Part shown: positions 50,514-61,750 of the stretch, piece after piece
Numbering within the stretch: the stretch's first letter is position 1
How the letters are laid out: every line of letters starts with the position of its first letter
Assembly (NCBI GenBank): GCA_963724295.1
Contig: CAVRUC010000007.1
Coordinates: forward strand, 608,001-672,000
Length of the DNA stretch: 64,000 nt
Origin: an uncultured Chloroflexia bacterium
Lineage (GTDB): Bacteria > Chloroflexota > Chloroflexia > Thermomicrobiales > UBA6265
Reading direction: 5' to 3'
Made by a program: the position numbers and the translations under genes
Notes under the pieces: generated by a model
Database searches by the model: none
Seen by the model: the letters and a program-made list of their open reading frames with translations, nothing else
Told to the model about the DNA's origin: nothing

Positions 50514-51575
50514 TCACGCTTCCCATTCGCTCAGCACGTCGACCGCACGGCGGGCTGACTGATCGCCCTCCCGCAACCATCCCGCGGCATCCTTGGCGTG
50601 ATAGGTGATGATCCGACCCGCGCCCGCTCGTTTGATCGACGTCAGCGTTTCCAGCGCCACTCGGCGCTCGTCGATCCAACCGAGTTGCGCCGCGGCCTTG
50701 ATCATGGCGTACTCACCGGAGACGTTGTAGGCCACGATCGGAGCGTCGAAGGCATCGCGTGCCATCCGGATGACGTCGAGATACGCCATCGCCGGCTTGA
50801 TGATCACGATATCGGCGCCCTCGTCGAGGTCGATGGCGATTTCGGTGAGCGCCTCGCGCGCATTGGCCGGGTCCATCTGGTGAGAGCGGCGGTCGCCGAA
50901 GGCCGGCATACTCGCCGCCGCCTCGCGGAAGGGGCCATAGAACGCGGAGGCGTACTTGGCCGCGTACGACATGATCGGCAGGTTGACATGCCCGGCCGCG
51001 TCCAGCGCGGCCCGGATGGCGACGACGCGGCCATCCATCATGTCCGACGGTGCCACAACATCGGCGCCCGCCTCCGCCTGGCTGACCGCGATTCTGACCA
51101 GCAGCTCGACCGTGCGGTCGTTATCAACCTCGCACCCGTCGAGGATGCCGCAGTGGCCGTGGTCGGTGTATTCGCAGGCGCAGACGTCGCCGATCACCAG
51201 CATCTCCGGCATCTCGCGCTTGATCGTCCGCGTGGCGCGCTGCACGACACCGTCAGGATCGAACGCTCCGCTGGCGTAGCGGTCCTTCTCTTCCGGGATT
51301 CCGAAGAGGAGCACCGCCTTGATGCCGGCCTCGGCTAGCTCGGCAATCTCCCGCGGCAGGACGTCGACCGACAGCTGGAACTGCCCTGGCATCGCACCGA
51401 TCTCACGACGGATGCCGGCGCCGTGGGTGATGAACAGCGGCTGGATGAAATCATCCGGCCCGATCGCGGTCTCGCGCACCAGATCGCGCACCGCCGCGCT
51501 TCCGCGCAGCCGGCGGGTCCGGCGAAAATCCGGGAGCGATGCGCTCTGAAGATCGTTCCGCTCCAGCCGCATCAC
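50514..51575 (-). CDS. hemB: Porphobilinogen synthase
   Basis: CACEYTDHGHCG, APSDMMDGR, SAFYGPFR, IKPA, YNVSGEY. Confidence 0.97.
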   Translation of the reverse strand: MMRLERNDLQSASLPDFRRTRRLRGSAAVRDLVRETAIGPDDFIQPLFITHGAGIRREIGAMPGQFQLSVDVLPREIAELAEAGIKAVLLFGIPEEKDRYASGAFDPDGVVQRATRTIKREMPEMLVIGDVCACEYTDHGHCGILDGCEVDNDRTVELLVRIAVSQAEAGADVVAPSDMMDGRVVAIRAALDAAGHVNLPIMSYAAKYASAFYGPFREAAASMPAFGDRRSHQMDPANAREALTEIAIDLDEGADIVIIKPAMAYLDVIRMARDAFDAPIVAYNVSGEYAMIKAAAQLGWIDERRVALETLTSIKRAGAGRIITYHAKDAAGWLREGDQSARRAVDVLSEWEA

Positions 51576-53389
51576 CGTGCACTCCTTCCCGCGGGCGCTG
51601 TCTCCGTCGCCTCGTCAAGCGGCGCCTCAGCGCCGGCATGCAGCCAGAACTCCGCAATCGCTTTGGATATCGCCGCCATGTCGGGACTCTCACTGACCGC
51701 TACGACTAACAGCCCCGCCTCGCGCGCCGCCTGAGCGGTCACCGGACCCGCGCAGACGACCGGAATCGCGTTCAGGGCGATGTCCTCCGCTGCCAGAAGT
51801 GCGACCAGGTGCCGCACGCTCGACGGCGACGCGAACGTAATCACGTCCACCTCACCTCGCCGTACGCGGTCCAGTACCCGCCGATCGACGTTCGGCTCAG
51901 GCAGCGTGCGATAGACGTCGACCGCCAGCACGTCATATCCAGCCGCCCTCAGCTCGTTCGGTAGGACGTCTCGTCCCATCGCCGACCGTGGGTAGAGGAC
52001 CCGCGCGCTCGCGCCCATGACCTGACGGAGCCTCGCGGCAAGGGCATCGGCGGTTGCCTGCTCGGGAACCAGCGTCAGGTTGAGTCCAGCCTCGGCAACG
52101 GCCGCCGCCGTCGCCCGGCCGACCGCCGCGACACGCATGGTTGCGAGCTGATCCGGATGAACGTCGAGGACGTCCATCCGGTTGGCAAAGACCTCGACCG
52201 CGTTCGCACTGGTGAATACGCACCAGTCGAACACTCCCCGGCGCGATTCTTCAATGGCGACGTCCAGCTGAGCCAGGTCGTCGATCGGCTCGATGCGGAT
52301 TGTGGGGAGCGGCAGCGGTTCCGCTCCTCGCCTGACGAGTGAGTCGATCAAAGGACCGGCCTGCCGGCGGGGGCGTGTCACCACGACGCGCGCGCCCGTG
52401 AGGTCGTCCGCGGCAGGGTCACGTGCAAGTTCATGGTCGCCGTTGGCGCCTATCCACGATCTGGCACGGGAACTCGTCGCGATCTCTGCCTGCAAGCACG
52501 CCGCGATCTCGGTGGCGTGAACCCGCTCCTCGCCGGCGGCGAGTCGCTCGCTGGCAAACGCGACGCGATCACCCGTCTCAGCGGCGAGCATCGCGATCAG
52601 GCGGTATCCCTCATCCGTCCTGACGGCGTAGGCGCCGACCGGAAACGCGCACCCCACGCCGATCGCGGCGAGAAACGCCCGTTCGATACCGACCGGGGTC
52701 GAGACGAGTGCGTCGTCGATCGTCTCCAGCACGGCCGCGGCGTCACTCCCGGCTCTAGCCTGGATGGCGATCGCTCCCTGACCGGGCGACGGAACCACCC
52801 GTTCCACCTCGAAGTACTCGCTGATGCGGTCGCACCAACCCATGCGACGGATCCCCGCGGCGGCCAGAACGATCCCATCGAACTCCGGCCCTTCCGCCTT
52901 GCGCAGCCGCGTGTCGATGTTGCCGCGAATGTTGACGATGCGCGCATCCGGTCGCAGACGCTGGATCTGCACTTCGCGCCGGCGCGACGACGTGCCGATC
53001 AGCGGACGCGGGGGGAGCAGGTCCAGCGTGGTGCCATGTCGCGAGACCAGGACGTCGCGCGGGTCGTCGCGATCGGGGTAGGCCACGATCGGTACGGCGG
53101 GATGGAGCGCGGTGGGGAGATCCTTGGCGGAGTGGATCGCGGCGTCGACCTCGCCGCGCAGGATGGCGGCTTCGATTGCGGTCGTGAAGACGCCACGCCC
53201 GCCGATCTCGGTCAGCGGGGACGTCTTGTCGACGTCGCCCTGGGTCGAGATGACGTGAACCTCGACGCCGCGCCGGGGATGAATGGCGCGGAACCGGTCC
53301 ACGGCGAGCTGGGTCTGGGCCAGAGCGAGCGCGCTGCCGCGACTGCCGAACCGGACCGGCCGGTCGGGAAACGGTGGGGTGAGCGTCAT
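51572..53389 (-). CDS. hemC: Fused hydroxymethylbilane synthase / uroporphyrinogen-III synthase (HemC-HemD)
   Basis: HemC: GSRGSALALAQ, HSAKDLP, GTSS.RR, RGNIDTRL, cofactor Cys GCAFP. HemD: VVVTRP, FTSANAV, FASPS, GPVTA. Confidence 0.93.
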   Translation of the reverse strand: MTLTPPFPDRPVRFGSRGSALALAQTQLAVDRFRAIHPRRGVEVHVISTQGDVDKTSPLTEIGGRGVFTTAIEAAILRGEVDAAIHSAKDLPTALHPAVPIVAYPDRDDPRDVLVSRHGTTLDLLPPRPLIGTSSRRREVQIQRLRPDARIVNIRGNIDTRLRKAEGPEFDGIVLAAAGIRRMGWCDRISEYFEVERVVPSPGQGAIAIQARAGSDAAAVLETIDDALVSTPVGIERAFLAAIGVGCAFPVGAYAVRTDEGYRLIAMLAAETGDRVAFASERLAAGEERVHATEIAACLQAEIATSSRARSWIGANGDHELARDPAADDLTGARVVVTRPRRQAGPLIDSLVRRGAEPLPLPTIRIEPIDDLAQLDVAIEESRRGVFDWCVFTSANAVEVFANRMDVLDVHPDQLATMRVAAVGRATAAAVAEAGLNLTLVPEQATADALAARLRQVMGASARVLYPRSAMGRDVLPNELRAAGYDVLAVDVYRTLPEPNVDRRVLDRVRRGEVDVITFASPSSVRHLVALLAAEDIALNAIPVVCAGPVTAQAAREAGLLVVAVSESPDMAAISKAIAEFWLHAGAEAPLDEATETAPAGRSAR

Positions 53390-53609
53390 GCGTTGAGGAC
53401 CGGGGAGGGAGACGAGTTCCGGGCCGCGTCGTCCAAATGTGAGACCCGCGGTTGGGGTCGCTTTGGCGAAGTGACGGGCATTTATAACCTAGGTAAATCT
53501 TGCTAATCTGTGCAAATCTTGCACTTGCTTCGATTCTAGGAAAGCCCGCAAAACGTGTCAAGGGTACGGTCCGTCCGCGGAACCGTGGCCCATCGCATGA
53601 GCGACAGAG

Positions 53610-53641
53610 CACGCGGGCCGGTCACATGACCGGCCCGCGTG
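53610..53641. terminator. Perfect 14-bp inverted repeat, likely terminator of the 53664 gene
   Basis: CACGCGGGCCGGTC-ACAT-GACCGGCCCGCGTG. Confidence 0.75.
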
Positions 53642-53663
53642 TTTCGGCAATCGAGTTGGAAGA

Positions 53664-54186
53664 CTAGACGAGGCGGCGTCGCCTCAGGCTCAGTGCTCCC
53701 AGCGCGAGGGCCGCCAGACCGGCAGCCGAGGCCACCGGCATCGAGGTTTCGATGCCGGCTCCCGTGCTCGGCAGTTTCAGCACTTGTTCGGATGACGAGT
53801 CGACGCTCTCCTCGACAGCTGGCACGGGCTCGGCGTACCCCTCCTCCCCGGAGGGCAGGTAAGCACCTTCGGCCGGGGGCACATATCCATCACCGGCGGC
53901 CGCATACTCCTCGACCGGAGCCGCTTCCGCATTGTTTCGCGCCCCCCGATCCTTGCGGTCGCGGTCGTTGGCCGTACCGGTTGCGTTGTTCAGACCCCCG
54001 CCGCTCTGCGGTCCGCCCAGTTCCCGGACTGTTCGAGATACGGACATTGTCGGCGCCGGCGGCGCTGTTGCTGCTGTCGACGCCGTTGTTCTGGATCACG
54101 ATTCCGTTCTGCTGGGCGGCTGCCGGCATCGCCCAACCCGTCACCAGCGCCGCGGCCACCACCGCGGCTATGATCGATCGTCGCAT
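53664..54186 (-). CDS. Secreted LPxTG-anchored surface protein; apparent 1-nt frameshift near 54018
   Basis: Signal peptide MRRSIIAAVVAAALVTGWAMPAAAQ in one frame; LPSTG + TM + RRRR tail in the next. Confidence 0.75.
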
Positions 54187-54657
54187 GGCCCTTCCCTCCC
54201 TATCCATCGCACCCGACCCGCATCCATGTGCACAGCCGTGAAGGCGCGGATCGGGCCAACTCGCCCGATACACTGTCTATAACGTCATCATGGACCGATG
54301 TGGTTTCCTGGAGAAGCACGAAGAATCGCCGGGCGTGCTGGGCCGCCACGAGCGCCCCGAGAGCTACCGTGGTGGAAAAAAATGGCGTGCTGGTCATCGG
54401 CACGAGTCCGAGCGGGATCACGGCGGCAGTTGGATTGGCGCATGCCGGCTCCCGCGCTCTCACGTTGCTCTGCGGCTCCCCAGCAGGCGGCGGTGCCCAC
54501 GGCATAGCTTTCCCGCCGCGGAATTCGGACTCAACGGCGCGTGAAGCGTCGAGCAGAAGCAGCGTCAGAGCGGACGATCCGTGTAGAATCGAACGAGCGG
54601 CGCCCCGCATGCGCCGGGGTTCGCGCCATCACGGCGACGGCCGCGAGGGAAGGATCG

Positions 54658-55575
<918 letters not shown>

Positions 55576-55579
<4 letters not shown>

Positions 55580-56253
55580 ACGTGCCGGCAACCGGCGGCT
55601 TCACCGAGCTCGATCTCAGCCCGGACGAACTGCTCTCGACCACGCGCTCGGTCCGGCTACGACTCGATCTCACCCGCCCGGTCGACGTGAAACTGCTCGA
55701 GCAATGCCTTGATCTGGCCCAGCAAGCCCCCAGCGGCGGCAATCAACAAGGCTGGTCGTTCGTCGTCGTGACGGATCCGCACAAGCGGCGCGATCTGGGA
55801 GCGCTCTACAAGCAGGGTTGGGACGCGTACCTGCAGTCAATAGCGGCTCGGGTCGCGTCTGAAGCCCCGGCTACAACACCAGGGCGGGACGCCCTGCGCA
55901 GGTATCGCTCGGCGCAATACCTCGCCGACCACATGGGAGAAGTCCCGGTGCTCGTAATCCCCTGCATCAACGGACGAACGGACGGAGCCAGCGCCTATGA
56001 GCAGGCCTCGCAGTGGGGATCGATCCTTCCCGCCGTCTGGAGCTTCATGCTCGCCGCCCGCGCCCGCGGATTGGGCACCTGTTGGACAACATTGCACCTC
56101 CCGCACGAGCGCGAGGCCGCGGATCTGCTCGGCATCCCGTACGACGACGTCATGCAGGCGGCGATGATCCCCGTCGCCCACACCATTGGCGACCAATTTC
56201 GCCCTGGACCACGGAAACCGCTCGACACCATCGTCCATTGGGATCAATGGTGA
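55576..56253 (+). CDS. Nitroreductase family protein
   Basis: TTRSVR.RLD, APSGGNQQGW.FVVV, SFMLAARARGLGTCWTT. Confidence 0.92.
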
Positions 56254-56310
56254 TTCGGCTGCTCGGTCCCGGACGGCGCGCTCGACTCGCGAGCACCCCA
56301 TCGACCTCGC

Positions 56311-57357
56311 ATGCCTGACGTTCAGCCCGCGGTTTTGCATCGACTCGCCAGCGATCTCCTTCGCGCGGTTGGCACCGATCCGGCCGCGGCCCAGATCATT
56401 GCCGATTCCCTCGTCGACGCCAATCTGGCCGGACATGATTCGCACGGCGTCCTGCGGCTGCCGGCCTATCTCGCGGGGGCGCGACAGGGTCACGTCGATC
56501 CCGCCGCGGTTCCCAGCCTGCTCTCACAATCTGGGGCCACCGCGATCGTCGATGCGGCCGACGGCTGGGGTCAACCCGCGATGTGGTTGGCAACGAGAGC
56601 CGCGATCGACTGCGCGCGCGAGCACGGCCTCGGCGCCGCCGTCGTCCACCGTAGCTATCACATCGGTCGCGTCGCCCCCTATGTCGAGTCGATCGCGCGG
56701 GAGGGCATGATCGGTCAGGCGATGGCCAACGCCGCACCCGCGGTCGCCCCGTTCGGGGGACGGTCACGGGTGATGGGCACGAATCCCATGGCCTGGGCCG
56801 TGCCCAGGGCCGTCGATGCGCCGCCCATCTGCCTCGACGTCGCCACGGCGGGCGTCGCCGAAGGGAAGCTGCGGGTGGCCCGAGCGCGAGGATTCCCCGT
56901 CCCGGCCGGGAACATCGTCGATCGCGAAGGACGGCCGACAACGGACCCAGGCGACTTTTACGCCGGCGGCGCGCTGATCCCGTTTGGGGGGCACAAGGGG
57001 AGCGGATTCAGCCTGCTCGCCCAGTTCATCGGTCGCGGCCTGGCGCAGATGGATCCTTCGGGCTATGACGGCCCGCGTGGACTGAACGGTCCGTTCATCC
57101 TGGCCATCGACATCAGCCGTTTCACCGACCTCGAGCGATTCCGGGCCGAGGTCGAGGCGCAGTGCGCCGCGGTGACGAACTGCCTCCCGGCCGAGGGGGT
57201 CGAGGCCGTGCTCCTGCCCGGTCAGCCGGAGCTGGCGATGCGTGCCGTTCGCGAGCGCGATGGAGTGCCGGTCGCGGATTCGACCTGGCGAGAGCTGGAA
57301 GAGCTGGCGCGGGACCACGGAGTCGCGCTACCCGCTGAAGTCGTGGCGCAATCCTAA
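56311..57357 (+). CDS. Ldh_2 family (type 2 malate/L-lactate dehydrogenase-like) oxidoreductase
   Basis: GHDSHG, HIGR, MGTNP, LDVAT, GGHKGSG, LPG.PE. Confidence 0.92.
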   Translation: MPDVQPAVLHRLASDLLRAVGTDPAAAQIIADSLVDANLAGHDSHGVLRLPAYLAGARQGHVDPAAVPSLLSQSGATAIVDAADGWGQPAMWLATRAAIDCAREHGLGAAVVHRSYHIGRVAPYVESIAREGMIGQAMANAAPAVAPFGGRSRVMGTNPMAWAVPRAVDAPPICLDVATAGVAEGKLRVARARGFPVPAGNIVDREGRPTTDPGDFYAGGALIPFGGHKGSGFSLLAQFIGRGLAQMDPSGYDGPRGLNGPFILAIDISRFTDLERFRAEVEAQCAAVTNCLPAEGVEAVLLPGQPELAMRAVRERDGVPVADSTWRELEELARDHGVALPAEVVAQS

Positions 57358-57376
57358 ACGCTCTTACCCAGTAACG

Positions 57377-57561
57377 GTGTCATTCCGAGCCCGCAAACCG
57401 TGTGTCATTCCGAGCCCGCAGGCGAGGAATCTCGTCACGCAGGTGTCATTCTGAACCCTAGGCCTTGTGTGATTCGGAGTCCACAGGCGAAGAATCTCGT
57501 CTGCTGGGCAGGAACGCGGCCTGCGGCCGAGATGCTGCAAGTTCGTGCCTCAGCATCACAC
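57377..57561. repeat. Cluster of GTGTCATTCCG-type REP-like repeats
   Basis: GTGTCATTCCGAGCCCGCA at 57377-57395 and 57402-57420; degenerate copies near 57443 and 57467; inverted partial copy at 57529-57561. Confidence 0.75.
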
Positions 57562-57685
57562 CGGTACGCGGTCGCGGTACAGAGCACGGCTCAGGTATCA
57601 GGGAGTTCCCCACTCTTGCGGTAAGCGTGTCTTCAACCGGTCTCTGGTTTGCTGGTTCCGGACAGGTCGAGGGAGCAATCGGGCG

Positions 57686-57901
57686 CTAACGCAGCGGCTG
57701 GCGCAGAACGGCGTTCCCTTCAGCAGAGCCCGGCCGGTCATGGTGGTTCACGATCACGAGCTCGCCGGGAGTCCCTTCTCGCATCAGTCGCCGGAATTGG
57801 GCGTGAAACACCATCGTCGCCTGATTGGCGTCGCCAGCCGACTCGAGCGGGATCGGGGCTTCATCCGTGTCCGGACGAAAAATGATCTCGAATCTCCGCA
57901 C
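57686..57901 (-). CDS. Small hypothetical protein
   Basis: GGAGG RBS before GTG; 71-aa ORF RRFEIIFRPDTDEAPIPLES...LRQPLR. Confidence 0.55.
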   Translation of the reverse strand: MRRFEIIFRPDTDEAPIPLESAGDANQATMVFHAQFRRLMREGTPGELVIVNHHDRPGSAEGNAVLRQPLR

Positions 57902-58236
57902 CTGGCCCCTCCGCACCTCTTTCCTCCTGGCCCAGCTCAGCGTCGTCGCTCGCGATGCGCGTGCTGGCTGTCCCCGTTCGCAAGAGTCGGACCCACGAGG
58001 CGAGCCACACTGGTATGGATTGCGCTTGCACGCATGCTGAGCTTCCACCGCGAGAGAGTCGCTTCGCCAATAGATCAGGAGTACGACCGGGTTCAGAGCA
58101 AGCTGTACATGTTCCGGCTCCACGTCAGCATGTCAGTGGATGGACAAGTACCCGCGAGTCAACGATGGCCGCGCTCTCGGCTGATTGGCGTCCCCGAGGA
58201 GTCGTTGTCGCCAACACCGCCAAGGCCCTCGCCGCG

Positions 58237-59047
58237 TCAGCTATGCAGCTCAATCGCCACGCGGCAATGGTCGCTCGGCCCCCACTCGTCGGGATCGGTA
58301 TTGAGGGCACGCACGGATAGCCGGTCCGCCAACGCGTGAGAAGCGAAGACGAAGTCGAGCTGGCGTGTCGCACCCATCGGACCCTGCTGCCGGGTGTGAT
58401 ACGTCGGGACATTCAGCGAGTCTTCTGGCAACTCCGCCGGCCACGGATTCGCCTGCCTGCCGCAGGGCGCCTGCGGCCCCACGAATCGCAGCCCCATCGC
58501 CTCGGCGCGGTCGAACACCGTCGCATACCGTGCCGCCCAATACGAGTCCCCGTAGTCGCCGTACCGATGCAAGATATTCAGGTCGCCGGCGGCGATGACC
58601 CGGTGCGAACGGGCATCTTCCACGATGCCTGAGAGATCCGATAGCAGCCGATGCGCCGATGCATCGGCGTAGATGGGTCCCGGGCGGCCGCCTTCCCAAA
58701 CGGCGTACATCGACACAAGGGTGATGCGCTCGCCATCGACGACCACGTCCGCTGCCGCGAGCGTGCCACGTCGGCTGACCAGGAGCGCTCCCGGTGCTCC
58801 GCTCCTCGAGGGACGTCAGCGGACGCGGCTCAAGCAGTGTCGTCTCGGAAACGGCGACGACCGCGGTGCGGCGATGCCTGTACGAACCGGCCGTTCCCCA
58901 GCCAGTCGTGGGATGCGGCACGACTTTGCCTTCCCACGGACCCAAGGGAACGGGCGCCTCTTGCAGGAGCGCAACATCAACCTCGCTCGCGGAGAGCTGA
59001 TCCCAGAGATGCCGCCCGTTGACGTTCCAGCTCCAAATGCGCAGCAT
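58237..59047 (-). CDS. Endonuclease/exonuclease/phosphatase (EEP) family protein; apparent 1-nt frameshift near 58790
   Basis: SWNVN and DVALLQE in the first frame; AGDLN, PTY, LDFVF and SDH in the second. Confidence 0.85.
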
Positions 59048-59208
59048 GCTTGGCTTCCGTTGGAGAGCGATGGTGTTTGCGACCGATGTGCGTGCGCGAG
59101 CGCGAGGCACCAGTGTCCTCGACTAGCAATTGGCGACAACGAAGGAAGATGGCCAGGGAACGGCTATTGCGCAACAGCCAGACTTAGCTCGATTTCGTAG
59201 CTTTCCTC

Positions 59209-59283
59209 TGGTGGCCCCCCAGGGATTCGAACCCTGAACCAATGGATTAAAAGTCCACTGCTCTGCCGTTGAGCTAGAGGGCC
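59209..59283 (-). tRNA. tRNA-Lys (UUU)
   Basis: Cloverleaf GGCCCUC UA GCUC AACGGCA GAGC A GUGGA CUUUUAA UCCAU UGGUU CAGGG UUCGAAU CCCUG GGGGGCC A CCA. Confidence 0.97.
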
Positions 59284-59403
59284 GCTTCGTGCGCCACCAT
59301 TCTCGCCGATAGTGCCGGTCTCATGCACGCCCGGCGTCCTTCGTTGCTCCAGGTGACGGGATCGGCTACGGTCACCCGCGAACGATGATGGACTCAGTTA
59401 CCC

Positions 59404-60213
59404 GTGCGAGCAGCCGTCGGTCTTGCCGGCGCGGCTGCCATTTCGCTGGCGGCGCGCCGCGTACGCGCCCTCTCCCCCAGCGGCGCCCTCGCCGCTACGG
59501 CTGTCGGCGGGAGCGTCGTCGCCGGGTCGGGGATCCGCGGCGGCGGCATGCTGCTCGCGTTCTTCATCACCTCGACCCTGCTCGGCCGGCTCCCGGGCGG
59601 TGATCATCTCGAGCAGCGCCGCGGCAGGGAACGGGATGCCGTGCAGGTGATCGCCAACGGCGGCGTCGCGGCGATCCTGGCGCTGGCATCGTCGTTGTCC
59701 CGGGAACGGACCCGCTCGTTGCTCGTGGCCGGGTTCGGCGGCGCCGTGGCGACTGCCGCCGCGGACACCTGGGCGACCGAGATCGGATCCCGCTCCGGCG
59801 CCCAACCGCGCTCGATTCTGACATTACAACCGACCACACCCGGCGCGTCCGGCGGCGTAACCGTGGCTGGTCTCGGAGCGTCCGCGGTTGCCGCGGCACT
59901 CATCGGGCTTATGGCGTCCGCCCCGGTCGCGAGCACCGCTCGTCATCCGTCCCTATGGACGATACCGATTGCCCTGGGCGGATTCACCGGTGCGCTCGTC
60001 GACAGCGTGCTCGGTGCGACCGTGCAGGAGGTGCGTTTCTGTGACACCTGTTGCGTCGAGACCGAAGAACGGCTTCATCGCTGCGGCGCGCACACCCGAG
60101 TGCTACGCGGGGCGCGGTGGTGCGACAACGACACGGTCAATGCGATTGCCACGGCCGCTGGCGCGACGACGGCGATGCTCACCCAGCTCGTCTCATCCGT
60201 CCGCGGCCGGTGA
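59404..60213 (+). CDS. DUF92/TMEM19 family membrane protein
   Basis: RDAVQVIANGG, ADTWATEIG, GASGGVT..G, DSVLGATVQ, NDTVN; true start may be 59385 via a 1-nt slip. Confidence 0.9.
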   Translation: MRAAVGLAGAAAISLAARRVRALSPSGALAATAVGGSVVAGSGIRGGGMLLAFFITSTLLGRLPGGDHLEQRRGRERDAVQVIANGGVAAILALASSLSRERTRSLLVAGFGGAVATAAADTWATEIGSRSGAQPRSILTLQPTTPGASGGVTVAGLGASAVAAALIGLMASAPVASTARHPSLWTIPIALGGFTGALVDSVLGATVQEVRFCDTCCVETEERLHRCGAHTRVLRGARWCDNDTVNAIATAAGATTAMLTQLVSSVRGR

Positions 60214-60389
60214 GGGCGGAGCGCGCTCTGTGTCGATAAGGCAAGGGCGAGCGCGTGTAGGGTACAGTGGCCGCGCAACGGTTCGCCCCGGCACGAATCG
60301 TTCCGCCTTTGACGTCTGGTTGGCCACATGTGTGACCGCGCTCTAGCCCGGACCCACGCGAGCGTGCCGGCTCGCTGAGAGACTTTCAG

Positions 60390-61743
60390 ATGACGTTGTT
60401 CTGGTTTCGCCTGCTGGCGCTCGGCTCGTTCCTCGCCTGGCTCAGCCCGGGTGCGACGCTGGCCCAGGATTCAACCGCATCCCCCACGCCGGACATTCCT
60501 CGCGCCACCGGAAGTGTCGCAACCGGCCTACGAGGTCCTCCGCGTCGACGACAACGGCATCGGACGCGCCTACCGGGTCTGGGAAGAGTGGGTGCCCCAG
60601 GTCGTGACCACGCCCGATGGCGGCGCCTGGGTGTTCTTCACCGCCCAGATTCGCAGCCAGGAGGACGACACCAATCGCCGCCTGTTCGCATCCCGCTTTG
60701 ATCCTGAGCTACGAGTCTGGCTGCCGGCGCGCGCCATGGGCTCCAGCACGACCCAGTTCGGCGCAACGGCCGCGGCAGACAGCCAGGGGGTTGTCCACCT
60801 CGTTTACTCGAATCGCGCGGGTGACAGCTCCGAAGCCTGGAGTCAGCTCGTCTATCAGCGGTTTGTCGATGGCTCCTGGACGGACCCCGTTCCGGTGGCG
60901 CCACACCCGGACGCCGGGCACCAGATGCTGGCCTCGCTCACCGTCGATGAGCGCGACGGCGTGCACGTCGTCTGGCGGGACCAGCGATTCGTGGCGCCTG
61001 AAGCGCGCGCGGCGCTGGCCACCAACGCCGATCTCCTCTCCAGTGATCTCGTCGAAGGTGAGTGGACGGAACCGGCGCTGATCAACGTTCGCGAGGCCCC
61101 GGATGTCAATCCCGCCTGGCCCCACCTCGTCGCCGACGGCGACCGTCTGGTGGTCGTGTGGTCGATCTATCGCGGCACGACCGCCGAGGAGATGAAAAGC
61201 GCGGTCCGCGTCGAATGGAGCAGCCGGCCGCTGGACGCATCCAGCGGGTGGAGCAAGCCGCAAATACTGTACGTGCGCGAAGGTGGCGACGCCGGGGGCC
61301 GCCTGATCGACCTGGCCTCCGACCCCCGCGGAGGGGCGGTAGTCGTCTACGGCCTCTTCAACCGCGGCCAGAACGACCTGATGCTGCAACGACTCGATGC
61401 CGGGAAAGACGCATGGACAGAACCGGCGCTGATCGCCCGTGGCGACTTCGGATACCTGCCGGTCGTTACCGTCGCCAGCGACGGCACGATCTTCGCGGTC
61501 TTCAACAACGGCCGTAATCGCGACGTCGACATCGGCGGCCTGATCGCCGATCCCTCCGGCAAGAGCTCCGGGGCCGTCACCCTCACGCCGGCGGACGACG
61601 GCATCACGGCGCGGGCCTCCATCGCCCTGGACCAGAATGGGACGCCCTGGGTGGTCTACATGCATCAGCCGGAGGGATCGACAAACGTGACCGAGATTCT
61701 TTCGGTTCGCGCCGCGACGTTTACGCCGCCCGCTTCCTCGTGA
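60390..61743 (+). CDS. Secreted beta-rich (possible propeller) protein; apparent 1-nt frameshift near 60491
   Basis: Signal peptide MTLFWFRLLALGSFLAWLSPGATLAQ in the 60390 frame; repeated D..G.VHLV(Y/W) and W(T/S).P blades in the 60451 frame. Confidence 0.75.
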
Positions 61744-61750
61744 GCGCCGA

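Noticed and set aside
57377..57501. Repeat cluster as a mini-CRISPR
   Set aside because: Irregular spacing, degenerate and inverted copies; fits REP-like elements better
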